DNA from: Eledone cirrhosa
Taxonomy: Eukaryota
Length of the DNA: 64,000 nucleotides
NCBI GenBank assembly: GCA_964016885.1
Contig: OZ024740.1
Location: 20,584,001-20,648,000 of the forward strand
Direction of reading: 5' to 3'
A program made the position numbers and the translations under genes. The notes beneath the pieces are model-generated. The model did no database searches. It saw only the letters and a list, made by a program, of their open reading frames with translations, and was not told where the DNA came from. The first letter of the stretch is position 1, and each line of letters begins with the position of its first letter. Shown here piece after piece: positions 30,001-45,000 of the stretch.

Positions 30001-33000
30001 TGACCGCTGGTCGCTGATCTCTGTCATGTGAGGTATTGTTGTCCATTACTCTCATTGACTGCTGACCACTGGTCGCTGATCTCTGTCATGTGAGGTATTG
30101 TTGTCCATCACTGTCATTGACTGCTGACCACTGGTCGCTGATCTCTATCATGTGAGGTATTGTTGTCCATCACTGTCATTGACTGCTGACCACTGGTCGC
30201 TGATTTCTGTCATGTGAGGTATTGTTGTCCATCACTGTCATTGACTGCTGACCACTGGTCGCAGATCTCTGTCATGTGAGGTATTTTTGTCCATCACTGT
30301 CATTGACTGCTGACCATTGGTCGCTGATCTCTGTCATGTGAGGTATTGTTGTCCATCACTGTCATTGACTGCTGACCACTGGTCGCTGATCTCTGTCATG
30401 TGAGGTAATGTTGTCCATCACTGTCATTGACTGCTGACCACTGGTCGCTGATCTCTTTCATGTGAGGTATTGTTGTCCATCACTGTCATTGACTGCTGAC
30501 CACTGGCCGCTGATCTCTGTCATGTGAGGTATTGTTGTCCATCACTGTCATTGACTGCTGACCACTGGCCGCTGATATCTGTCATGTGAGGTAATGTTGT
30601 CCATCACTGTCATTGACTGCTGACCACTGGTCGCTGATCTCTGTCATGTGAGGTAATGTTGTCCAACACTGTCATTGACTGCTGACCACTGGTCGCTGAT
30701 CTCTGTCATGTGAGGTAATGTTGTCCATCACTGTCATTGACTGCTGACCACTGGTCGCTGATCTCTGTCATGTGAGGTATTGTTGTCCATCACTGTCATT
30801 GACTGCTGACCACTGGTCGCTGATCTCTGTCATGTGAGGTATTGTTGTCCATCACTGTCATTGACTGCTGACCACTGGCCGCTGATCTCTGTCATGTGAG
30901 GTATTGTTGTCCATCACTGTCATTGACTGCTGACCACTGGCCGCTGATCTCTGTCATGTGAGGTATTGTTGTCCATCACTGTCATTGACTGCTGACCACT
31001 TGTTGCTGATCTCTGTCATGTGATTTATTGTTGTCCATCACTGTCATTGACTGCTGACCACTGGTCGCTGATCTCTGTCATGTGAGGTATTGTTGTCCAT
31101 CACTGTCATTGACTGCTGACCACTGGTCGCTGATCTCTGTCATGTGAGGTATTGTTGTCCATCACTGTCATTGACTGCTGACCACTGGTCGCTGATCTCT
31201 GTCATGTGAGGTATTGTTGTCCATCACTGTCATTGACTTCTGACCACTGGTCGCTGATCTCTGTCATGTGAGGTAATGTTGTCCATCACTGTCATTGACT
31301 GCTGACCACTGGTCGCTGATCTCTGTCATGCGAGGTATTTTTGTCCATCATTGTCATTGACTGCTGACCACTGGTCGCTGATCTCTGTCATGTGAGGTAT
31401 TGTTGTCCATCACTGTCATTGACTGCTGACCACTGGTCGCTGATCTCTGTCATGTGAGGTATTGTTGTCCATCACTGTCATTGACGTCTGACCACTGGTC
31501 GCTGATCTCTGTCATGTGAGGTAATGTTGTCCATCACTGTCATTGACTGCTGACCACTGGCCGCTGATCTCAGTCATGTGAGATATTGTTGTCCATCACT
31601 GTCATTGACTGCTGACCACTGGTCGCTGATCTCTGTCAAGTGAGGTATTGTTGTCCATCACTGTCATTGACTGCTGACCACTGGCCGCTGATCTCTGTCG
31701 TGTGAGGTATTGTTGTCCATCACTGTCATTGACTGCTGACCACTGGTCGCTGATCTCTGTCATGTGAGGTAATGTTGTCCATCACTGTCATTGACTGCTG
31801 ACCACTGGCCGCTGATCTCTGTCATGTGAGGTATTGTTGTCCATCACTGTCATTGACTGCTGACCACTGGTCGCAGATCTCTGTCATGTGAGGTATTTTT
31901 GTCCATCACTGTCATTGACTGCTGACCACTGGTCGCTGATCTCTGTCATGTGAGGTAATGTTGTCCATCACTGTCATTGACTGCTGACCACTGGTCGCTG
32001 ATCTCTGTCATGTGAGGTATTGTTGTCCATTACTCTCATTGACTGCTGACCACTGGTCGCTGATCTCTGTCATGTGAGGTATTGTTGTCCATCACTGTCA
32101 TTGACTGCTGACCACTGGTCGCTGATCTCTGTCATGTGAGGTATTGTTGTCCATCACTGTCATTGACTGCTGACCACTGGTCGCTGATCTCTGTCATGTG
32201 AGGTATTGTTGTCCATCACTGTCATTGACTGCTGACCACTGGTCGCAGATCTCTGTCATGTGAGGTATTTTTGTCCATCACTGTCATTGACTGCTGACCA
32301 CTGGTCGCTGATCTCTGTCATGTGAGGTAATGTTGTCCATCACTGTCATTGACTGCTGACCACTGGTCGCTGATCTCTGTCATGTGAAGTAATGTTGTCC
32401 ATCACTGTCATTGACTGCTGACCGCTGGTCGCTGATCTCTGTCATGTGAGGTATTGTTGTCCATTACTCTCATTGACTGCTGACCACTGGTCGCTGATCT
32501 CTGTCATGTGAGGTATTGTTGTCCATCACTGTCATTGACTGCTGACCACTGGTCGCTGATCTCTATCATGTGAGGTATTGTTGTCCATCACTGTCATTGA
32601 CTGCTGACCACTGGTCGCTGATTTCTGTCATGTGAGGTATTGTTGTCCATCACTGTCATTGACTGCTGACCACTGGTCGCAGATCTCTGTCATGTGAGGT
32701 ATTTTTGTCCATCACTGTCATTGACTGCTGACCACTGGTCGCTGATCTCTGTCATGTGAGGTATTGTTGTCCATCACTGTCATTGACTGCTGACCACTGG
32801 TCGCTGATCTCTGTCATGTGAGGTAATGTTGTCCATCACTGTCATTGACTGCTGACCACTGGTCGCTGATCTCTTTCATGTGAGGTATTGTTGTCCATCA
32901 CTGTCATTGACTGCTGACCACTGGCCGCTGATCTCTGTCATGTGAGGTATTGTTGTCCATCACTGTCATTGACTGCTGACCACTGGCCGCTGATATCTGT

Positions 33001-36000
33001 CATGTGAGGTAATGTTGTCCATCACTGTCATTGACTGCTGACCACTGGTCGCTGATCTCTGTCATGTGAGGTAATGTTGTCCAACACTGTCATTGACTGC
33101 TGACCACTGGTCGCTGATCTCTGTCATGTGAGGTAATGTTGTCCATCACTGTCATTGACTGCTGACCACTGGTCGCTGATCTCTGTCATGTGAGGTATTG
33201 TTGTCCATCACTGTCATTGACTGCTGACCACTGGTCGCTGATCTCTGTCATGTGAGGTATTGTTGTCCATCACTGTCATTGACTGCTGACCACTGGCCGC
33301 TGATCTCTGTCATGTGAGGTATTGTTGTCCATCACTGTCATTGACTGCTGACCACTGGCCGCTGATCTCTGTCATGTGAGGTATTGTTGTCCATCACTGT
33401 CATTGACTGCTGACCACTTGTTGCTGATCTCTGTCATGTGATTTATTGTTGTCCATCACTGTCATTGACTGCTGACCACTGGTCGCTGATCTCTGTCATG
33501 TGAGGTATTGTTGTCCATCACTGTCATTGACTGCTGACCACTGGTCGCTGATCTCTGTCATGTGAGGTATTGTTGTCCATCACTGTCATTGACTGCTGAC
33601 CACTGGTCGCTGATCTCTGTCATGTGAGGTATTGTTGTCCATCACTGTCATTGACTTCTGACCACTGGTCGCTGATCTCTGTCATGTGAGGTAATGTTGT
33701 CCATCACTGTCATTGACTGCTGACCACTGGTCGCTGATCTCTGTCATGCGAGGTATTTTTGTCCATCATTGTCATTGACTGCTGACCACTGGTCGCTGAT
33801 CTCTGTCATGTGAGGTATTGTTGTCCATCACTGTCATTGACTGCTGACCACTGGTCGCTGATCTCTGTCATGTGAGGTATTGTTGTCCATCACTGTCATT
33901 GACGTCTGACCACTGGTCGCTGATCTCTGTCATGTGAGGTAATGTTGTCCATCACTGTCATTGACTGCTGACCACTGGCCGCTGATCTCAGTCATGTGAG
34001 ATATTGTTGTCCATCACTGTCATTGACTGCTGACCACTGGTCGCTGATCTTGTCATGTGAGGTATTGTTGTCCATCACTGTCATTGACTGCTGACCACTG
34101 GTCGCTGATCTCTGTCATGTGAGGTAATGTTGTCCATCACTGTCATTGACTGCTGACCACTGGTCGCTGATCTCTGTCATGCGAGGTATTTTTGTCCATC
34201 ATTGTCATTGACTGCTGACCACTGGTCGCTGATCTCTGTCATGTGAGGTATTGTTGTCCATCACTGTCATTGACTGCTGACCACTGGTCGCTGATCTCTG
34301 TCATGTGAGGTATTGTTGTCCATCACTGTCATTGACTTCTGACCACTGGTCGCTGATCTCTGTCATGTGAGGTAATGTTGTCCATCACTGTCATTGACTG
34401 CTGACCACTGGTCGCTGATCTCTTTCATGTGAGGTATTGTTGTCCATCACTCTCATTGACTGCTGACCACTGGTCGCTGATCTCTGTCATGTGAGGTATT
34501 GTTGTCCATCACTGTCATTGACTTCTGACCACTGGTCGCTGATCTCTGTCATGTGAGGTAATGTTGTCCATCACTGTCATTGACTGCTGACCACTGGCCG
34601 CTGATCTCTGTCATGTGAGGTATTGTTGTCCATCACTGTCATTGACTGCTGACGACTGGCCGCTGATCTCAGTCATGTGAGATATTGTTGTCCATCACTG
34701 TCATTGACTGCTGACCACTGGCCGCTGATCGCTGTCATGTGAGGTATTGTTGTCCATCACTGTCATTGACTGCTGACCACTGGTCGCTGATCTCTGTCAT
34801 GTGAGGTATTGTTGTCCATCACTGTCATTGACTGCTGACCACTGGTCGCTGATCTCTGTCATGTGAGGTATTGTTGTCCATCACTGTGATTGACTGCTGA
34901 CCACTGGTCGCTGATCTCTGTCATGTGAGGTAATGTTGTCCATCACTGTCATCGACTGCTGACCACTGGCCGCTGATCTCTGTCATGTGAGGTATTGTTG
35001 TCCATCACTGTCATTGACTGCTGACCACTGGCCGCTGATCTCTGTCATGTGAGGTATTGTTGTCCATCACTCTCATTGACTGCTGATCACTGGTCGCTGA
35101 TCTCTGTCATGTGAGGTAATGTTGTCCATCACTGTCATTGACTGCTGACCACTGGTCGCTGATCTCTGTCATGTGAGGTATTGTTGTCAATCACTGTCAT
35201 TGACTGCTGACCACTGGTTGCTGATCTCTGTCATGTGAGGTAATGTTGTCCATCACTGTGATTGACTGCTGACCACTGGTCGCTGATCTCTGTCATGTGA
35301 GGTATTGTTGTCCATCACTGTGACTGACTGCTGACCACTGGTCGCTGATCTCTGTCATGTGAGGTATTGTTGTCCATCACTGTCATTGACTGCTGACCAC
35401 TGGTCGCTGATCTCTGTCATGTGAGGTATTGTTGTCCATCACTGTCATTGACTGCTGACCACTGGTCGCTGATCTCTGTCATGTGAGGTATTGTTGTCCA
35501 TCACTGTGATTGACTACTGACCACTGGTCGCTGATCTCTGTCATGTGAGGTAATGTTGTCCATCACTGTCATCGACTGCTGACCACTGGCCGCTGATCTC
35601 TGTCATATGATGTATTGTTGTCCATCACTGTCATTGACTGCTGACCACTGGCCGCTGATCTCTGTCATGTGAGGTATTGTTGTCCATCACACTCATTGAC
35701 TGCTGATCACTGGTCGCTGATCTCTGTCATGGGAGGTAATGTTGTCCATCACTGTCATTTACTGCTGACCACTGGTCGCTGATCTCTGTCATGTGAGGTA
35801 TTGTTGTCCATCACTGTCATTGACTGCTGACCACTGGTCGCTGATCTCTGTCATGTGAGGTAATGTTGTCCATCACTGTCATTGACTGCTGACCACTGGC
35901 CGCTGATCTCTGTCATGTGAGGTATTGTTGTCCATCACTGTCATTGACTGCTGACCACTGGTCGCAGATCTCTGTCATGTGAGGTATTTTTGTCCATCAC

Positions 36001-39000
36001 TGTCATTGACTGCTGACCACTGGTCGCTGATCTCTGTCATGTGAGGTAATGTTGTCCATCACTGTCATTGACTGCTGACCACTGGTCGCTGATCTCTGTC
36101 ATGTGAGGTATTGTTGTCCATCACACTCATTGACTGCTGATCACTGGTCGCTGATCTCTGTCATGGGAGGTAATGTTGTCCATCACTGTCATTGACTGCT
36201 GACCACTGGTCGCTGATCTCTGTCATGTGAGGTATTGTTGTCCATCACTGTCATTGACTGCTGACCACTGGTCGCTGATCTCTGTCATGTGAGGTAATGT
36301 TGTCCATCACTGTCATTGACTGCTGACCACTGGCCGCTGATCTCTGTCATGTGAGGTATTGTTGTCCATCACTGTCATTGACTGCTGACCACTGGTCGCA
36401 GATCTCTGTCATGTGAGGTATTTTTGTCCATCACTGTCATTGACTGCTGACCACTGGTCGCTGATCTCTGTCATGTGAGGTAATGTTGTCCATCACTGTC
36501 ATTGACTGCTGACCACTGGTCGCTGATCTCTGTCATGTGAGGTATTGTTGTCCATTACTCTCATTGACTGCTGACCACTGGTCGCTGATCTCTGTCATGT
36601 GAGGTATTGTTGTCCATCACTGTCATTGACTGCTGACCACTGGTCGCTGATCTCTGTCATGTGAGGTATTGTTGTCCATCACTGTCATTGACTGCTGACC
36701 ACTGGTCGCTGATCTCTGTCATGTGAGGTATTGTTGTCCATCACTGTCATTGACTGCTGACCACTGGTCGCAGATCTCTGTCATGTGAGGTATTTTTGTC
36801 CATCACTGTCATTGACTGCTGACCACTGGTCGCTGATCTCTGTCATGTGAGGTAATGTTGTCCATCACTGTCATTGACTGCTGACCACTGGTCGCTGATC
36901 TCTGTCATGTGAAGTAATGTTGTCCATCACTGTCATTGACTGCTGACCGCTGGTCGCTGATCTCTGTCATGTGAGGTATTGTTGTCCATTACTCTCATTG
37001 ACTGCTGACCACTGGTCGCTGATCTCTGTCATGTGAGGTATTGTTGTCCATCACTGTCATTGACTGCTGACCACTGGTCGCTGATCTCTATCATGTGAGG
37101 TATTGTTGTCCATCACTGTCATTGACTGCTGACCACTGGTCGCTGATTTCTGTCATGTGAGGTATTGTTGTCCATCACTGTCATTGACTGCTGACCACTG
37201 GTCGCAGATCTCTGTCATGTGAGGTATTTTTGTCCATCACTGTCATTGACTGCTGACCACTGGTCGCTGATCTCTGTCATGTGAGGTATTGTTGTCCATC
37301 ACTGTCATTGACTGCTGACCACTGGTCGCTGATCTCTGTCATGTGAGGTAATGTTGTCCATCACTGTCATTGACTGCTGACCACTGGTCGCTGATCTCTT
37401 TCATGTGAGGTATTGTTGTCCATCACTGTCATTGACTGCTGACCACTGGCCGCTGATCTCTGTCATGTGAGGTATTGTTGTCCATCACTGTCATTGACTG
37501 CTGACCACTGGCCGCTGATATCTGTCATGTGAGGTAATGTTGTCCATCACTGTCATTGACTGCTGACCACTGGTCGCTGATCTCTGTCATGTGAGGTAAT
37601 GTTGTCCAACACTGTCATTGACTGCTGACCACTGGTCGCTGATCTCTGTCATGTGAGGTAATGTTGTCCATCACTGTCATTGACTGCTGACCACTGGTCG
37701 CTGATCTCTGTCATGTGAGGTATTGTTGTCCATCACTGTCATTGACTGCTGACCACTGGTCGCTGATCTCTGTCATGTGAGGTATTGTTGTCCATCACTG
37801 TCATTGACTGCTGACCACTGGCCGCTGATCTCTGTCATGTGAGGTATTGTTGTCCATCACTGTCATTGACTGCTGACCACTGGCCGCTGATCTCTGTCAT
37901 GTGAGGTATTGTTGTCCATCACTGTCATTGACTGCTGACCACTTGTTGCTGATCTCTGTCATGTGATTTATTGTTGTCCATCACTGTCATTGACTGCTGA
38001 CCACTGGTCGCTGATCTCTGTCATGTGAGGTATTGTTGTCCATCACTGTCATTGACTGCTGACCACTGGTCGCTGATCTCTGTCATGTGAGGTATTGTTG
38101 TCCATCACTGTCATTGACTGCTGACCACTGGTCGCTGATCTCTGTCATGTGAGGTATTGTTGTCCATCACTGTCATTGACTTCTGACCACTGGTCGCTGA
38201 TCTCTGTCATGTGAGGTAATGTTGTCCATCACTGTCATTGACTGCTGACCACTGGTCGCTGATCTCTGTCATGCGAGGTATTTTTGTCCATCATTGTCAT
38301 TGACTGCTGACCACTGGTCGCTGATCTCTGTCATGTGAGGTATTGTTGTCCATCACTGTCATTGACTGCTGACCACTGGTCGCTGATCTCTGTCATGTGA
38401 GGTATTGTTGTCCATCACTGTCATTGACGTCTGACCACTGGTCGCTGATCTCTGTCATGTGAGGTAATGTTGTCCATCACTGTCATTGACTGCTGACCAC
38501 TGGCCGCTGATCTCAGTCATGTGAGATATTGTTGTCCATCACTGTCATTGACTGCTGACCACTGGTCGCTGATCTTGTCATGTGAGGTATTGTTGTCCAT
38601 CACTGTCATTGACTGCTGACCACTGGTCGCTGATCTCTGTCATGTGAGGTAATGTTGTCCATCACTGTCATTGACTGCTGACCACTGGTCGCTGATCTCT
38701 GTCATGCGAGGTATTTTTGTCCATCATTGTCATTGACTGCTGACCACTGGTCGCTGATCTCTGTCATGTGAGGTATTGTTGTCCATCACTGTCATTGACT
38801 GCTGACCACTGGTCGCTGATCTCTGTCATGTGAGGTATTGTTGTCCATCACTGTCATTGACTTCTGACCACTGGTCGCTGATCTCTGTCATGTGAGGTAA
38901 TGTTGTCCATCACTGTCATTGACTGCTGACCACTGGTCGCTGATCTCTTTCATGTGAGGTATTGTTGTCCATCACTCTCATTGACTGCTGACCACTGGTC

Positions 39001-42000
39001 GCTGATCTCTGTCATGTGAGGTATTGTTGTCCATCACTGTCATTGACTTCTGACCACTGGTCGCTGATCTCTGTCATGTGAGGTAATGTTGTCCATCACT
39101 GTCATTGACTGCTGACCACTGGCCGCTGATCTCTGTCATGTGAGGTATTGTTGTCCATCACTGTCATTGACTGCTGACGACTGGCCGCTGATCTCAGTCA
39201 TGTGAGATATTGTTGTCCATCACTGTCATTGACTGCTGACCACTGGCCGCTGATCGCTGTCATGTGAGGTATTGTTGTCCATCACTGTCATTGACTGCTG
39301 ACCACTGGTCGCTGATCTCTGTCATGTGAGGTATTGTTGTCCATCACTGTCATTGACTGCTGACCACTGGTCGCTGATCTCTGTCATGTGAGGTATTGTT
39401 GTCCATCACTGTGATTGACTGCTGACCACTGGTCGCTGATCTCTGTCATGTGAGGTAATGTTGTCCATCACTGTCATCGACTGCTGACCACTGGCCGCTG
39501 ATCTCTGTCATGTGAGGTATTGTTGTCCATCACTGTCATTGACTGCTGACCACTGGCCGCTGATCTCTGTCATGTGAGGTATTGTTGTCCATCACTCTCA
39601 TTGACTGCTGATCACTGGTCGCTGATCTCTGTCATGTGAGGTAATGTTGTCCATCACTGTCATTGACTGCTGACCACTGGTCGCTGATCTCTGTCATGTG
39701 AGGTATTGTTGTCAATCACTGTCATTGACTGCTGACCACTGGTTGCTGATCTCTGTCATGTGAGGTAATGTTGTCCATCACTGTGATTGACTGCTGACCA
39801 CTGGTCGCTGATCTCTGTCATGTGAGGTATTGTTGTCCATCACTGTGACTGACTGCTGACCACTGGTCGCTGATCTCTGTCATGTGAGGTATTGTTGTCC
39901 ATCACTGTCATTGACTGCTGACCACTGGTCGCTGATCTCTGTCATGTGAGGTATTGTTGTCCATCACTGTCATTGACTGCTGACCACTGGTCGCTGATCT
40001 CTGTCATGTGAGGTATTGTTGTCCATCACTGTGATTGACTACTGACCACTGGTCGCTGATCTCTGTCATGTGAGGTAATGTTGTCCATCACTGTCATCGA
40101 CTGCTGACCACTGGCCGCTGATCTCTGTCATATGAGGTATTGTTGTCCATCACTGTCATTGACTGCTGACCACTGGCCGCTGATCTCTGTCATGTGAGGT
40201 ATTGTTGTCCATCACACTCATTGACTGCTGATCACTGGTCGCTGATCTCTGTCATGGGAGGTAATGTTGTCCATCACTGTCATTGACTGCTGACCACTGG
40301 TCGCTGATCTCTGTCATGTGAGGTATTGTTGTCCATCACTGTCATTGACTGCTGACCACTGGTCGCTGATCTCTGTCATGTGAGGTAATGTTGTCCATCA
40401 CTGTGATTGACTGCTGACCACTGGTTGCTGATCTCTGTCATGTGAGGTAGTGTTGTCCATCACTGTCATTGACTGCTGACCACTGGTCGCTGATCTCTGT
40501 CATGTGAGGTATTGTTGTCCATCACTGTCATTGACTGCTGACCACTGGCCGCTGATCTCTTTCATGTGAGGTATTGTTGTTCATCACTGTCATTGACTGC
40601 TGACCACTGGCCGCTGATCTCTGTCATGTGAGGTATTGTTGTCCATCACTGTCATTGACTGCTGACCACTGGTCGCTGATCTCTGTCATGTGAGGTATTG
40701 TTGTCCATCACTGTCATTGACTGCTGACCACTGGCCGCTGATCTCTGTCATGTGAGGTATTGTTGTCCATCACTGTCATTGACTGCTGACCACTGGTCGC
40801 TGATCTCTGTCATGTGAGGTAATGTTGTCCATCACTGTCATTGACTGCTGACCACTGGTCGCTGATCTCTGTCATGTGAGGTAATGTTGTCCATCACTGT
40901 CATTGACTGCTGACCACTGGCCGCTGATCTCTGTCATGTGAGGTATTGTTGTCCATCACTGTCATTGATTGCTGACCACTGGTCGCTGATCTCTGTCATG
41001 TGAGGTATTGTTGTCCATCACTGTCATTGACTGCTGACCACTGGTCGCTGATCTCTGTCATGTGAGGTAATGTTGTCCATCACTGTCATTGACTGCTGAC
41101 CACTGGTCGCTGATCTCTGTCATGTGAGGTATTGTTGTCCATCACTCTCATTGACTGCTGACCACTGGTCGCTGATCTCTGTCATGTGAGGTAGTGTTGT
41201 CCATCACTGTCATTGACTGCTGACCACTGGTCGCTGATCTCTGTCATGTGAGGTATTGTTGTCCATCACTGTCATTGACTGCTGACCACTGGCCGCTGAT
41301 CTCTGTCATGTGAGGTATTGTTGTTCATCACTGTCATTGACTGCTGACCACTGGCCGCTGATCTCTGTCATGTGAGGTATTGTTGTCCATCACTGTCATT
41401 GACTGCTGACCACTGGTCGCTGATCTCTGTCATGTGAGGTAATGTTGTCCATCACTGTCATTGACTGCTGACCACTGGCCGCTGATCTCTGTCATGTGAG
41501 GTATTGTTGTCCATCACTGTCATTGATTGCTGACCACTGGTCGCTGATCTCTGTCATGTGAGGTATTGTTGTCCATCACTGTCATTGACTGCTGACCACT
41601 GGTCGCTGATCTCTGTCATGTGAGGTAATGTTGTCCATCACTGTCATTGACTGCTGACCACTGGCCGCTGATCTCTGTCATGTGAGGTATTGTTGTCCAT
41701 CACTGTCATTGACTGCTGACCACTGGTCGCTGATCTCTGTCATGTGAGGTAATGTTGTCCATCACTGTCATTGACTTCTGACCACTGGTCGCTGATCTCT
41801 GTCATGTGAGGTAATGTTGTCCATCACTGTCATTGACTGCTGACCACTGGCCGCTGATCTCTGTCATGTGAGGTATTGTTGTCCATCACTGTCATTGACT
41901 GCTGACGACTGGCCGCTGATCAAAGTCATGTGAGATATTGCTGTCCATCACTGTCATTGACTGCTGACCACTGGCCGCTGATCTCTGTCATGTGAAGTAT

Positions 42001-45000
42001 TGTTGTCCTTCACTGTCATTGACTGCTGACCACTGGTCGCTGATCTCTGTCATGTGAGGTATTGTTGTCCATCACTGTCATTGACTGCTGACCACTGGTC
42101 GCTGATCTCTGTCATGTGAGGTATTGTTGTGCATCACTGTGATTGACTGCTGACCACTGGTCGCTTCTCTCTGTCATGTGAGGTAATGTTGTCCATCACT
42201 GTCATCGACTGCTGACCACTGGCCGCTGATCTCTGTCATGTGAGGTATTGTTGTCCATCACTGTCATTGACTGCTGACCACTGGCCGCTGATCTCTGTCA
42301 TGTGAGGTATTGTTGTCCATCACTCTCATTGACTGCTGATCACTGGTCGCTGATCTCTGTCATGTGAGGTAATGTTGTCCATCACTGTCATTGACTGCTG
42401 ACCACTGGCCGCTGATCTCTGTCATGTGAGGTATTGTTGTCCATCACTATCATTGACTGCTGACCACTGGTCGCTGATCTCTGTCATGTGAGGTAATGTT
42501 GTCCATCACTGTCATTGACTTCTGACCACTGGTCGCTGATCGCTGTCATGTGAGGTAATGTTGTCCATCACTGTCATTGACTGCTGACCACTGGCCGCTG
42601 ATCTCTGTCATGTGAGGTATTGTTGTCCATCACTGTCATTGACTGCTGACGACTGGCCGCTGATCAAAGTCATGTGAGATATTGCTGTCCATCACTGTCA
42701 TTGACTGCTGACCACTGGCCGCTGATCTCTGTCATGTGAGGTATTGTTGTCCATCACTGTCATTGACTGCTGACCACTGGTCGCTGATCTCTGTCATGTG
42801 AGGTATTGTTGTCCATCACTGTCATTGACTGCTGACCACTGGTCGCTGATCTCTGTCATGTGAGGTATTGTTGTGCATCACTATGATTGACTGCTGACCA
42901 CTGGTCGCTGATCTCTGTCATGTGAGGTAATGTTGTCCATCACTGTCATCGACTGCTGACCACTGGCCGCTGATCTCTGTCATGTGAGGTATTGTTGTCC
43001 ATCACTGTCATTGATTGCTGACCACTGGCCGCTGATCTCTGTCATGTGAGGTATTGTTGTCCATCACTCTCATTGACTGCTGATCACTGGTCGCTGATCT
43101 CTGTCATGTGAGGTAATGTTGTCCATCACTGTCATTGACTGCTGACCACTGGTTGCTGATCTCTGTCATGTGAGGTATTGTTGTCCATCACTGTCATTGA
43201 CTGCTGACCACTGGTCGCTGATCTCTGTCATGTGAGGTAATGTTGTCCATCACTGTGATTGACTGCTGACCACTGGTCGCTGATCTCTGTCATGTGAGGT
43301 AGTGTTGTCCATCACTGTCATTGACTGCTGACCACTGGTCGCTGATCTCTGTCATGTGAGGTATTGTTGTCCATCACTGTCATTGACTGCTGACCACTGG
43401 CCGCTGATCTCTGTCATGTGAGGTATTGTTGTTCATCACTGTCATTGACTGCTGACCACTGGCCGCTGATCTCTGTCATGTGAGGTATTGTTGTCCATCA
43501 CTGTCATTGACTGCTGACCACTGGTCGCTGATCTCTGTCATGTGAGGTATTGTTGTCCATCACTGTCATTGACTGCTGACCACTGGCCGCTGATCTCTGT
43601 CATGTGAGGTATTGTTGTCCATCACTGTCATTGACTGCTGACCACTGGTCGCTGATCTCTGTCATGTGAGGTAATGTTGTCCATCACTGTCATTGACTGC
43701 TGACCACTGGCCGCTGATCTCTGTCATGTGAGGTATTGTTGTCCATCACTGTCATTGATTGCTGACCACTGGTCGCTGATCTCTGTCATGTGAGGTATTG
43801 TTGTCCATCACTGTCATTGACTGCTGACCACTGGTCGCTGATCTCTGTCATGTGAAGTAATGTTGTCCATCACTGTCATTGACTGCTGACCACTGGTCGC
43901 TGATCTCTGTCATGTGAGGTATTGTTGTCCATCACTCTCATTGACTGCTGACCACTGGTCGCTGATCTCTGTCATGTGAGGTAATGTTGTCCATCACTGT
44001 CATTGACTGCTGACCACTGGTCGCTGATCTCTCTCATGTGAGGTAATGTTGTTCATCACTGTCATTGACTGCTGACCACTGGTCGCTGATCTCTGTCATG
44101 TGAGGTAATGTTGTCCATCACTGTCATTGACTGCTGACCACTGGTCGCTGATCTCTGTCATGTGAGGTATTGTTGTCCATCACTGTCATTGACTGCTGAC
44201 CACTGGTCGCTGATCTCTGTCATGTGAGGTATTGTTGTCCATCACTGTCATTGACTGCTGACCACTGGTCGCTGATCTCTGTCATGTGAGGTATTGTTGT
44301 CCATCACTGTCATTGACTGCTGACCACTGGTCGCTGATCTCTGTCATGTGAGGTATTGTTGTCCATCACTGTCATTGACTGCTGACCACTGGCCGCTGAT
44401 CTCTGTCATGTGAGGTATTGTTGTCCATCACTGTCATTGACTGCTGACCACTGGTCGCTGATCTCTGTCATGTGAGGTATTGTTGTCCATCACTGTCATT
44501 GACTGCTGACCACTGGCCGCTGATCTCTGTCGTGTGAGGTATTGTTGTCCATCACTGTCATTGACTGCTGACCACTGGTCGCTGATCTCTGTCATGTGAG
44601 GTAATGTTGTCCATCACTGTCATTGACTGCTGACCACTGGCCGCTGATCTCTGTCATGTGAGGTATTGTTGTCCATCACTGTCATTGACTGCTGACCACT
44701 GGTCGCAGATCTCTGTCATGTGAGGTATTTTTGTCCATCACTGTCATTGACTGCTGACCACTGGTCGCTGATCTCTGTCATGTGAGGTAATGTTGTCCAT
44801 CACTGTCATTGACTGCTGACCACTGGTCGCTGATCTCTGTCATGTGAGGTATTGTTGTCCATTACTCTCATTGACTGCTGACCACTGGTCGCTGATCTCT
44901 GTCATGTGAGGTATTGTTGTCCATCACTGTCATTGACTGCTGACCACTGGTCGCTGATCTCTGTCATGTGAGGTATTGTTGTCCATCACTGTCATTGACT